Part shown: one piece after another, positions 11,945 to 20,600 of the stretch
Layout of the letters: each line of letters begins with the position of its first letter
How positions within the stretch are numbered: position 1 is the first letter of the stretch
NCBI GenBank assembly: GCA_002269645.1
Contig: NIVC01002787.1
Coordinates: 76,537-140,536, forward strand
Length of the DNA stretch: 64,000 nucleotides
DNA from: Macrostomum lignano
Taxonomy: Eukaryota
Reading direction: 5' to 3'
The notes under the pieces: model-generated
Seen by the model: the letters and a program-made list of their open reading frames with translations, nothing else
What the model was told of the DNA's origin: nothing
Database searches by the model: none
Program-made: the position numbers and the translations under genes

Positions 11945-12663
11945 AGTAGAAGGCATGAGGGGGCTTTTGGGACAAAATTTTTCACCTCCTCCATAATCCA
12001 CCTAAATCCATCCATATTATCCCTGACAGAATCAGAAAAAAGGGGGGGGGTCGCACCTGCTCACAAAACATCGTCCATAATCCCATTAAATCCATCCATA
12101 TTATCCCCGACAGAATCAGAAAAAAGGGGGGTCACACTTACTCCAAAAAACTTTGAACGTAATCCCAGTAAATCCATCCATATTATCCCCGACAGAATCA
12201 GAAAAAAGGGGGGGGGGTCGCACTCGCTCACAAAACGTCCTCCATAATCCCATTAAATCCATCCATATTATCCCTGACAGAATCAGAGCATTATCCCTGA
12301 CAGAATCAGAGCATAACAGGTGTCCACTAACACCTGTTATGCTCACTGACACAGACATAATCCACCAACATCCACCCATAGCATCTTCGAAACAATCAGA
12401 AAATAATCTGCATTCTTCTCCCCACATTCAATCCGAAGCGTTGAAACCAGATCCCTAAAACTTTAAATCCCCAAACCCAGGGTCCTTACCCTTTGAAAAA
12501 AAAATTAAATTCTCAATAAAAATGTTTCCAGTTGTCTCTCCAGGTTCTTATTATACTCAGCCTCATCCATTGTACAAATCCAAGTACCAATGCAGACTAG
12601 AATGCAGCGAATACATGAGAAAATATTGGCCCGACGTTGATATCAATGTCCCTAATATTAATC
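11945..12663 (+). repeat. P1 left TIR (partner 25897-26528)
   Basis: Inverted copies of each other; internal ~83-bp period repeats with core aaatccatccatattatccctgacagaatcaga. Confidence 0.9.
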
Positions 12664-12758
12664 AAGCACTTAAATCTCACTGGTTTGAAAAACACGGAGT
12701 AGTCATTAACAATTTTGACAGCTATTATAACTTTGCTGAAGTTATAAGGCAGTTATAG
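12522..12758 (+). CDS. Terminus-encoded microprotein, 78 aa (P1 left)
   Basis: MFPVVSPGSYY...CxxxC...YW...HWF...DSYYNF; homologous ORFs at 36519 and 57049. Confidence 0.75.
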   Translation: MFPVVSPGSYYTQPHPLYKSKYQCRLECSEYMRKYWPDVDINVPNINQALKSHWFEKHGVVINNFDSYYNFAEVIRQL

Positions 12759-12963
12759 TAGCCAACTACACTACAAGGTTGTACCCTGTAGAGTGCAGAC
12801 GCAAGATCTAAAAATACTGACAAAATCATGTGCAGCATAAAGCGGCTCGTATTTGTAAGCGATAGCTTACTGATAGTAAAGCTATTTGAACATGGCGCGA
12901 ATTCCTCACATGGTGGACTAGAAAATGTCGCCATGTGCAAGGCAAGGACTTGGTGCAAGGGCG

Positions 12964-13074
12964 TATAAATAGCAGTTCCACTCAGCTGGCTAGAGGTGGA
13001 GCCGACCTCGTGTGGCTATGACTGACTGACGAGGGCAAACAAGCCCGAAGTCTGCCCCGCATGGTTCGATTCCC
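12964..13074 (+). ncRNA. Putative Pol III-type small RNA cassette with hammerhead-like core
   Basis: TATAAAT 12964-12970, A-box-like tggctagaggtgg, CTGACGA-GGGC-loop-GCCC-GAA (13026-13049), perfect B-box GGTTCGATTCCC (13063-13074). Confidence 0.35.
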
Positions 13075-13081
13075 ACTGATA

Positions 13082-13417
13082 ACATGATTTTCACGAACGT
13101 TCGTAAAAATCATGTGCAGCATAAAGCGGCTCTCAGTGGTTACATGATTTTTACGAACTTTCGTAAAAAATCATGTGCAGCATAAAGCGGCTCTCAGTGG
13201 TTACATGATTTTTACGAACTTTCGTAAAAAATCATGTGCAGCATAAAGCGGCTCTCAGTGGTTACATGATTTTTACGAACTTTCGTAAAAATCATGTGCA
13301 GCATAAAGCGGCTCTAAGTGGTTACATGATTTTTACGAACGTTCGTAAAAATCATGTGCAGCATAAAGCGGCTCTCAGTGGTTACATGATTTTTACGAAC
13401 GTTCGTAAAAATCATGT
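13082..13417. repeat. Six tandem 60-bp units, each with a 34-bp palindrome
   Basis: acatgatttttacgaac|gttcgtaaaaatcatgt is a perfect palindrome in units 5 and 6 and near-perfect in the others. Confidence 0.97.
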
Positions 13418-13836
13418 GCATAACAGGAATTCGCACGAATTCAACTGTGCAAAATAGCATTTTTTCTGAGAAAGACTAATGCGCAGTTGGATTCGCGCCA
13501 TTTCCTGTCTTAACAGGAATTCGCACGAATTCAACTGTGCAAAAAAAAGCTTTTTTTTCTGAGAAAGACTAATGACAGACTTGTGTTTGTTATGTGCGAA
13601 TACTTGCGAAGTTAACCAACTTTTGACATAATAAAACAATAGACTGAGCACAGACTATCTTTTTGTGTCCGATTTCTTTTGTGTTTTCAATCCTTTCACT
13701 AAATACTGGTTAGAAAAAAAATAATGCTTGGTCAGTCCAAAAAGCGTGAGGTTGCCTACTAATAAGTAATATGACTAGAAAAAATATACTAAAAATTCGA
13801 AATAGAACTGAAATAAAATATTTAGTTATTTTAACA

Positions 13837-14699
13837 TCACATTCTCTCAATGATTAACGTCAATACAAACTCTTCACCGTTGAAATCAACACCCATCCCA
13901 TCTTCAGTCTCAAACTGTAGCACAATCTCGTGAATCTCCTTATTACTCAATACAACTCTTTTCACTGGATTTGGTTTCTCTACCACCATCTGTCCTCCAG
14001 CAACAGAGTTGGAGATGTTGTACAAAATATTAGTTCGCTTTCCCTTAAATACCCAATCAAGACTGAGATTGCTTCTGATTAGAATATTCAAACCCTTTAC
14101 AATGTCTGCAATATTGGGTGCTAAGAACAAACCGCTTACACTTTCCCGGACCATTCTAACAGTCCCCGATGCTTGAGTGGCGGTCCACTCCGCGGATTCT
14201 GCCTTATAAACTTTCTTCTCGAATCCCAGTTCCCTATACCAAGTGTCATCTTTAAACTCAACCTCCGCATCTTTGTGAACTTGCATGACCACTCTCATTA
14301 CAGTGAGATCATAGGTTAGTTTGACAGGGAACAGTTTCTTCTCTGGCTTACTCGCATCAGGTGTCTCAAAATGGCCTCTCTTAGTAAAGACATTTTCTAG
14401 AAAGTTATTGTAGGTATCCACACTTTGCGTGCTCACATGGAATACCACAGGGTCTGCTGCTGCACCTTTCCATTTGTAATAAAACTTATTATTTGCTGCC
14501 ATCACATTGGGAACGTTTGACCAACCAGTGAAGTCGTTAAGATAGACATGGTAATTAGCGCCTGGATCCAGGCGAATCGCCTGCTCTAATTTTTCAACAA
14601 ACATCCCGTTTGAGTCATTAATTCGCCAGTTATTGTAATAGGAATGCTCTCCTTGGAGTGTGAAACAATGTTGTTTAGTCTTTCGGCTATAGCTTCCAT
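13837..14699 (-). CDS. mCP: P1 minor capsid protein (penton), 1-nt frameshift near 14627
   Basis: C-terminal IHEIVLQFETEDGMGVDFNGEEFVLTLII fits the Polinton penton pattern; adjacent to MCP; intact copy at 56181-57044. Confidence 0.85.
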
Positions 14700-14719
14700 T
14701 TTTTGTCCTAAAAAAATAT

Positions 14720-16006
14720 TTAAACTTTACTGGATGAATTGTTGATCATGTTAAGCTTCACCTTCCTCTCAAATGCATAGATAATGTACAAGTCCACGGG
14801 TGTTGCGACAGTCCTCTCAATGTTAGTCACGATATTCACAGGGCTGTTATCAGTAGGCATTTGTCTGGCAGACACATCAGCGCCAAACATCGGATATAGA
14901 GTTCCATATTGAAGAGCAGTGATAGCAATTCCATTGTTCTCTTTCACAGCCAAGTCGACCAACTCGCTGTAAAATTTGCTAATCTTGTTCTGACTGAAAT
15001 CTCCATTTTGTGGCAGTGCAGGGTAAAGATTATCACTGATTTCATGCTGAATGGACCGCACGTCTCCATGCATGTAGCGTATAATGCTATTTGGGTTTCT
15101 CATGTTAATAATGATATACCTTGGATTGCTGCATGATCCCTCTTTAATGCAGATGTTTGTTCTAGTTTCGTTTCGCTCATCTCGACACATGTAGGCTGTG
15201 TATGCAACATCAATGTCCTTCTCTATTGCCTTGAGATAATCCGCTTTTAGTGCAGTCTTTGGCTCAATGACTTCCAAATACAGCTCGATTCCGGTTAGCT
15301 TCACCTCCATCCTTGTGTGGTCCGCCCCAGTCCACAACACTCTACTGCGATCATCTCTAGTCATCCTAAAGGTGTAGCTAAAGTTACTAGTCAGTCGATT
15401 AAATGTATTACAGAATCCACTCATGAATCTCAGTGGTACAAATACATCAACAGACCGATACAGCGGGTTCTTAGCAGCATCATCAGCACCTTGCAATGCA
15501 TAGTTGTATCTCTTCTTCCTCTTTTTATAGCCACTGTCATTGGTGTCTCCTTCTTTTTCATCTGCAATAAAACCCGCACCACTTCCCAACTGAATAAAAT
15601 CAGGATTCTCGATCAAACAATGAGCGTCATAGACAATTCCAAAGTTGGCGATTCGCTCCAACTCTGTGCTCCCATTCGATACACTAAACTCCTTGAACAT
15701 GTACGCCCAAAAGTTACTGATCAGAGCCACATCCGCATCATGCTTGTCAACGTTAGCACGAGCCGCATCCGCACCACCTTTTGTCTTGAATTGAAATGTC
15801 ATATGGAAGCCGCTCTTAAGACTGTGCACACTAACCAGAGACGAACATCCATTGTATGTAAATGTCAGTGTTTGGCCAGGACCAAGATTAGTTTCATTCT
15901 GATTTTCCTGACTGGGAACTCTTACCTGAGTCGCTTTGATTGTGCTATCATCACTCAAAATAGGCTTGTTAATTTTGTAGAAAACTGGTGTCAGTGGGTC
16001 GTTCAT
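14720..16006 (-). CDS. MCP: P1 major capsid protein (double jelly-roll type), 428 aa, intact
   Basis: Size, synteny with the penton, and C-terminal PRYIII and LYPMFGADVS motifs typical of Polinton MCPs. Confidence 0.85.
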   Translation of the reverse strand: MNDPLTPVFYKINKPILSDDSTIKATQVRVPSQENQNETNLGPGQTLTFTYNGCSSLVSVHSLKSGFHMTFQFKTKGGADAARANVDKHDADVALISNFWAYMFKEFSVSNGSTELERIANFGIVYDAHCLIENPDFIQLGSGAGFIADEKEGDTNDSGYKKRKKRYNYALQGADDAAKNPLYRSVDVFVPLRFMSGFCNTFNRLTSNFSYTFRMTRDDRSRVLWTGADHTRMEVKLTGIELYLEVIEPKTALKADYLKAIEKDIDVAYTAYMCRDERNETRTNICIKEGSCSNPRYIIINMRNPNSIIRYMHGDVRSIQHEISDNLYPALPQNGDFSQNKISKFYSELVDLAVKENNGIAITALQYGTLYPMFGADVSARQMPTDNSPVNIVTNIERTVATPVDLYIIYAFERKVKLNMINNSSSKV

Positions 16007-16036
16007 TTTTTAACTAAAAATAAAATAAAATAAGAA

Positions 16037-17241
16037 ATGAAGCGAAAAAGTACACAGCAGATATCTGAATTGGAGAAGCTAGCACAAGCAGAGAAACGAG
16101 TTACCGGGCTAATAAATAAGGAGCAACAATCCTACAATGAGTTTGTCCAAGCAGCCACAGAGTTTCATAAACCCGGGTATGGAGAAGCTAAGAAAAATAT
16201 TGATCAGGTTAAGAAACTATCGACGACATACAGGAAACCCAAGTGCAAAAGGTTTTGGGCAAAATTCCAGAAGCACCACAGATACAGCCGCAACCACAAC
16301 AACCACAACCACATCAGTCCCAAGTAAAAGTGACAGATAACATTTTTGGACCAGTAGAGCGTGTCGAACATGATGGGAAATATGTATTTGGAATAAGTAT
16401 GTGGAGAAAAAACATTTATAATGAACCAGTGGAATATTATATCGACATAAATAAGGAAAATATTTCTGTTGTCAAAGGCTCAGAAACAATGAAAATTCCT
16501 TTCACAGACACCTTACTGACTTTTATGACCAAGAACCAAGAGAAAATCTCCGAGAAGCAGCTAAAGAACTACAGAAATCTAGTGACTTTTTCTCTTGTTA
16601 GAGATATAGAAATACTAAAGGTCCCAGAAGTTCTGAAACACATGTACGATAGCGGTGTCAACCTGACTAAATTCAAAAAGTACAACACTTTAAACAATGG
16701 TTCGATTTGCCAGATCAGGCGGAAGTCATAAAATATCTAGAACAACAACAACAGCAACAACAACAACCACAACACAGCAACAACCACAACCACAGCAACA
16801 ACATTTTACAGAAGTACTCAGGCAACTGGAAAATGCAGATCCGACTCAAGTAGCTAAATATAAAAATGATCACCCAGATGCCTGGCAACACTTAGAACAA
16901 CACTCTCCAGATCGAATGAAAGAATCAAGCAAAGAGTTTTCACACCTCAACAAAGACAGGCACCGCATGACAGTTCCATCTCTGAAAGTGAGCAGTCTTT
17001 TGCATCACCTCCCCAGCAGCTACAAGCCCAACCAACTCCACAACCCAAGACCAACCGCCCTCAACAGGAAAAGGAATTTCTGAAATCTACAAGCGAGTAG
17101 CGGTTCTTCTAGGAGCGGCAAAGACCGGAATGAAAGATGAAAATAGAAAAGAATTTGTCAACATCCTGGACAAAATGATGGAAAAGAATATACTGACAAA
17201 GGGCGAGAGAGCTTCTGCTTTCGCGGTTCAACAAAAAATAA
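16037..17241 (+). CDS. P1 poly-Q putative core protein (several frameshifts)
   Basis: Fragments match the intact 403-aa ORF at 53630-54841; C-terminal GKG-I/M...KRxAVLLGAAKTG...EFVNILDKM motif seen in Polinton proteins. Confidence 0.75.
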
Positions 17242-17257
17242 TTTATTTCAAGTAAAA

Positions 17258-17647
17258 ATGCCGATTATTTTTGGGAAAGACGTGGACAAATACTATGACA
17301 AAAAGGAACTTAATCTCATTAAACGCGGATCTGGACTTTTCCCTGCAGGCCACTATCCAAGAAAAGAACGCTCAGGGAACGGTCTTGCTGATTTGATCGC
17401 TCAGGGGGCCAAGATTTTTAAGATCATTGGAGAGAACAAAGAGAACATCAAGAACGTTGCCGAAGCGGCTGGCAGTGTAGCCACAGCAGCCAAAAAGATA
17501 AAGGATACTGTAACACCTAAACAAGAGATTCAGCCTCCACTGGCCCCGCTGGCTCCATTGGCCCCAAATCCAGACAGTGTGGACCCTGCAGTCTATGACA
17601 AGATGAGAGCTAGCATTAAAAAAGGAAGTGGTTTCAAATTTGACTAA
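17258..17647 (+). CDS. P1 small basic protein with three GxG-hydrophobic motifs (putative core protein), 129 aa
   Basis: KRGSGLF, RSGNGLA, KKGSGF; conserved in P2 and P4. Confidence 0.8.
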   Translation: MPIIFGKDVDKYYDKKELNLIKRGSGLFPAGHYPRKERSGNGLADLIAQGAKIFKIIGENKENIKNVAEAAGSVATAAKKIKDTVTPKQEIQPPLAPLAPLAPNPDSVDPAVYDKMRASIKKGSGFKFD

Positions 17648-17690
17648 AGGGTACTTTCCGAGGGTACAAGAAATGTAAAGGTACAAGACT

Positions 17691-17794
17691 AGTCCCAAAA
17701 TGACACATCTAAGTCCCAAAATGACACATCTAAGTCCCAAAATGACACATCTAAGTCCCAAAATGACACATCTAAGTCCCAAAATGACACATCT
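17691..17794. repeat. 21-bp tandem repeat upstream of the ATPase (5 units; 6 units at 35814-35937 and 53064-53190)
   Basis: Unit agtcccaaaatgacacatcta. Confidence 0.95.
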
Positions 17795-17831
17795 TCTAAA
17801 TTATTTATTATTAAATTTCATCATAGAAAAA

Positions 17832-18632
17832 ATGGACTTTTCAAACGACTTCAATCCTCACTGGACGCGTAATCAGATTAAGTTTTCTCATCATGAGTCA
17901 ATCCCGAGTCACTTCAGATGCATTGTTGTTGGTTCATCAGGTTCAGGTAAAACATTCAGAGTCTTTAACATGCTTCTTAGACCTGGCTTTATCGACTATG
18001 ACACTCTGCACATCTACTCTCCCACACTGTATCAAGATGAGTATAAAATGCTGATTTCTGGATTGCAAAACAAACTGAACAAAGAGGACATTATTCAATG
18101 TTTTAATAACCAAATGAGCCTTCCCAGTAACCCAGAAATTGTAGCTGCTGAATATGCAAAGCACCTCAAAGACAATGAAAAATGGCAGAACATTAAAGTG
18201 TTCACCTATGGAGATCCACAGGCTGATCCAAAGACCAAACTTCTACCCCAACCAGATGAGCTAGAAAAGGGGAGAAAGCATTTGATCGTCTTTGATGATT
18301 GTATGACAGGCCCACAGAAGCAGATAGAAAACTATTTTACAAGAGGGCGACATAACAATTGTAATGTAATTTACATTGCACAGAATTGGTTCGAGCTCCC
18401 GAACAAAACAATTCGTGGGAACTGCAATCTGATTCTCCTGTTTCCAACCATTCCACAGGACAGGTTAAAAAGATTTTACAATGAGGTCATTGCGCCTGCC
18501 TATTTTATAAATCCAACAAAAAACTCAAGCAGAAAGATTTCACAAGAGGAATTCGTTAATCTTTGCTATGACAAGTGGAATCAGCCTTACCAGTTTGTGA
18601 TTATCAGCAAAGAAAAAAGAACTGTAATTTAA
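17832..18632 (+). CDS. P1 A32/FtsK-HerA-type genome packaging ATPase, 266 aa
   Basis: Walker A GSSGSGKT, Walker B LIVFDD, A32-type RGRHNNCNVIYIAQ. Confidence 0.95.
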   Translation: MDFSNDFNPHWTRNQIKFSHHESIPSHFRCIVVGSSGSGKTFRVFNMLLRPGFIDYDTLHIYSPTLYQDEYKMLISGLQNKLNKEDIIQCFNNQMSLPSNPEIVAAEYAKHLKDNEKWQNIKVFTYGDPQADPKTKLLPQPDELEKGRKHLIVFDDCMTGPQKQIENYFTRGRHNNCNVIYIAQNWFELPNKTIRGNCNLILLFPTIPQDRLKRFYNEVIAPAYFINPTKNSSRKISQEEFVNLCYDKWNQPYQFVIISKEKRTVI

Positions 18633-18648
18633 AATTTGCTATTAAAAG

Positions 18649-19381
18649 ATGTCGATAAACTTTGCAGGTGAATCCATTTCTGGCAACAGCGCTCTTACAT
18701 CAGCTCAGATATCCATCCTTGACAGGCGATATATCAACAGCGACGAAAAGATCCCAGAGATCAAACTGAATAAAAACAGACTGAAACAATTAGAGCGCTC
18801 CATGCACCAGTTGCAAATCAACATGGAAGATCTCAGGCTTAAAGTAGCTAGGCAGAAGTTTGAAAGTGATAAGCTTTATGCGCCGTTGTTAAACGCAACT
18901 AATGAACTAAGGTCAGAAATAACTTCGGCGGTCTCGCTAATCAACGGCTTGAGATCATCAGTTAATCTTCTGGGAAATTCCATTGATAGACGGATGCGTA
19001 TTCTTGAAGGAGGAGTTTTCACAACGCACAGCTAAAGTGAATAATTTAGAAGAGTTCATGAACCAGTCAACAGCGTTGCATAATAGAATTAAAGAAAACG
19101 TCGCAACCAACACATGTAAAGTGAGGAATTTAGAAGAGTTCATGACTCAGTCAACAGCGTTGCATGATCAAATCAAAGTAAGAATTGATGCAATTAAAGT
19201 CTTTGTAGATTTAGTTTTTGCCGAATGGCAGAAATCGGTGAGAAGAATCGGTCGTCTTGAACGCTTGCATAATCTCAAAAACATTGACGCTGAAGAGGCA
19301 CCACAGACCACAAGGGAAACAAGTGATCCAACCGACTTGTTTGAGATCATGCGTAGAATGGAGCTCACAGATAATGAATAG
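18649..19381 (+). CDS. P1 coiled-coil protein (putative fibre), frameshift near 19025
   Basis: Heptad-rich with an internal ~27-aa repeat KVxNLEEFMxQSTALH; joins ORFs 18649-19035 and 18983-19381; homologue in P4. Confidence 0.7.
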
Positions 19382-19491
19382 GCAGATTCAGAGACCTGTT
19401 GCCGTCACTGCAGACGAAGCAATCAACCGTAAAACAAATCTAACCACCACCAACTAGTTGCGGATTTTTTTTTTAAAAAATTCCCTAAAAA

Positions 19492-20142
19492 ATGGATGCT
19501 CAAAATTCTCTTTATGATCAGAATGCTCCCACAACACCTAGTGCACCTAGTGCACCCCAATATGAGCAACAAAAACTCTACCCCGTCATTACTTGTAACT
19601 CTCAACAGTTTCGACTGGTGGAGATTCAAAAAATGCGCGATGATCTTGAAAAACATATTTTCCACAACACAAAGAAAGTTAAGCGCTATGACTGTAAATT
19701 TTTCGACTACAGCAATATGATTCTAGGATCTGTGTCTGTTCTATCTGGATCTGCTGCAGCTGTCTCAACGTTGCCAGTCATCACAGTCCCAATCGCAATA
19801 CCGCTCGGCTCTGTGGGTGCTGCATGTGGACTTATTTCAGCAATTACTGGAGCATTAGCGCGAAACAGGCGAAAAAAACTAAAGCAGCTACAGGAGAAGC
19901 AAGTAAAAGAGAAAGGGGTGCACACTTCAATCATAGGGTACATTTCAAGGGCAATCGAGGATAAGTTCATTTCAGAGGATGAGTTCAAAACCATTCAGGA
20001 TCTTTATGAACAATCAATTCGAATGAACTTGAACATGGTCGGTACTGATGACATGAGTCAGCTGAGGAATGAACTCGAGAAAGTTCTTCAACATTATGTG
20101 GAAAGAAGGACAACGAGAAGTACAACGAGAAATGCACAATGA
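19492..20142 (+). CDS. P1 membrane protein with hydrophobic hairpin, 216 aa
   Basis: LYP...QQFRL N-terminus, two Gly/Ala/Ser-rich hydrophobic helices followed by RNRRKK; a common Polinton gene type; homologue at 48370-49071. Confidence 0.85.
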   Translation: MDAQNSLYDQNAPTTPSAPSAPQYEQQKLYPVITCNSQQFRLVEIQKMRDDLEKHIFHNTKKVKRYDCKFFDYSNMILGSVSVLSGSAAAVSTLPVITVPIAIPLGSVGAACGLISAITGALARNRRKKLKQLQEKQVKEKGVHTSIIGYISRAIEDKFISEDEFKTIQDLYEQSIRMNLNMVGTDDMSQLRNELEKVLQHYVERRTTRSTTRNAQ

Positions 20143-20146
20143 ACCC

Positions 20147-20547
20147 CTATGAAACACAGCCAAGAATAATTTCCTTGTAGGTCTTTCGTGTTTTGGTCAT
20201 TGCATACAAAACAGTCATGCACAGCTCACCGCAAATATCACTGCTAAGACCTTGGAGAATAAAGTCTGAGCGATAAATTTTTTTATTCTTTTTTCCCTTC
20301 ATATAATTTCTTAGCTCTTCTGGTACTGCCGTCCCATAGCTATCGAAGTAATAACACTTGTGCTTGCGATCGGGATCAATCACCCAGCAAACCCAATGAG
20401 ATCCTGGCTTATCGGTGGTGTCAAAGTTCATGATGCCGCATTCCTTTCTTAGAGGAAAATCAGGCAGAGTGTCCCTCATAAATATTCTCTAAAGTTTGGG
20501 ATTTCCAGTTCGTTAGCGAAATCTTCGAGAAAATTATTTGTTGTCAT
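20147..20547 (-). CDS. PRO: P1 adenain-like cysteine protease, frameshift near 20487
   Basis: GSHWVC (His), YFDSYG (Asp), QGLSSDICGELC (Gln/Cys). Confidence 0.93.
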
Positions 20548-20600
20548 TTTTTTTGAGGTTTATTAAACTTTCTCTTAAACCTAAACCCAACCTCCACCTC

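Noticed and set aside
11990-12330. CRISPR-like repeat-spacer pattern in the TIRs
   Set aside because: The spacers are variants of each other, the array is mirrored in inverted termini, there are no cas genes, and the context is eukaryotic.
13026-13052. Active hammerhead ribozyme
   Set aside because: The core deviates (GAAG, extra ctga) and stems I and III are not convincing; kept only as a hammerhead-like remnant.
15317-16033. 238-aa antisense ORF over MCP (also 54845-55561) and similar shadow ORFs over PolB, INT, pX and Gypsy pol
   Set aside because: They lie opposite well-supported genes and are shared only because the copies are near-identical; no motifs.
17700-17831. MTHLSPK-repeat N-terminal extension of the ATPase
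   Set aside because: In frame only in P1; the conserved start is MDFSND.
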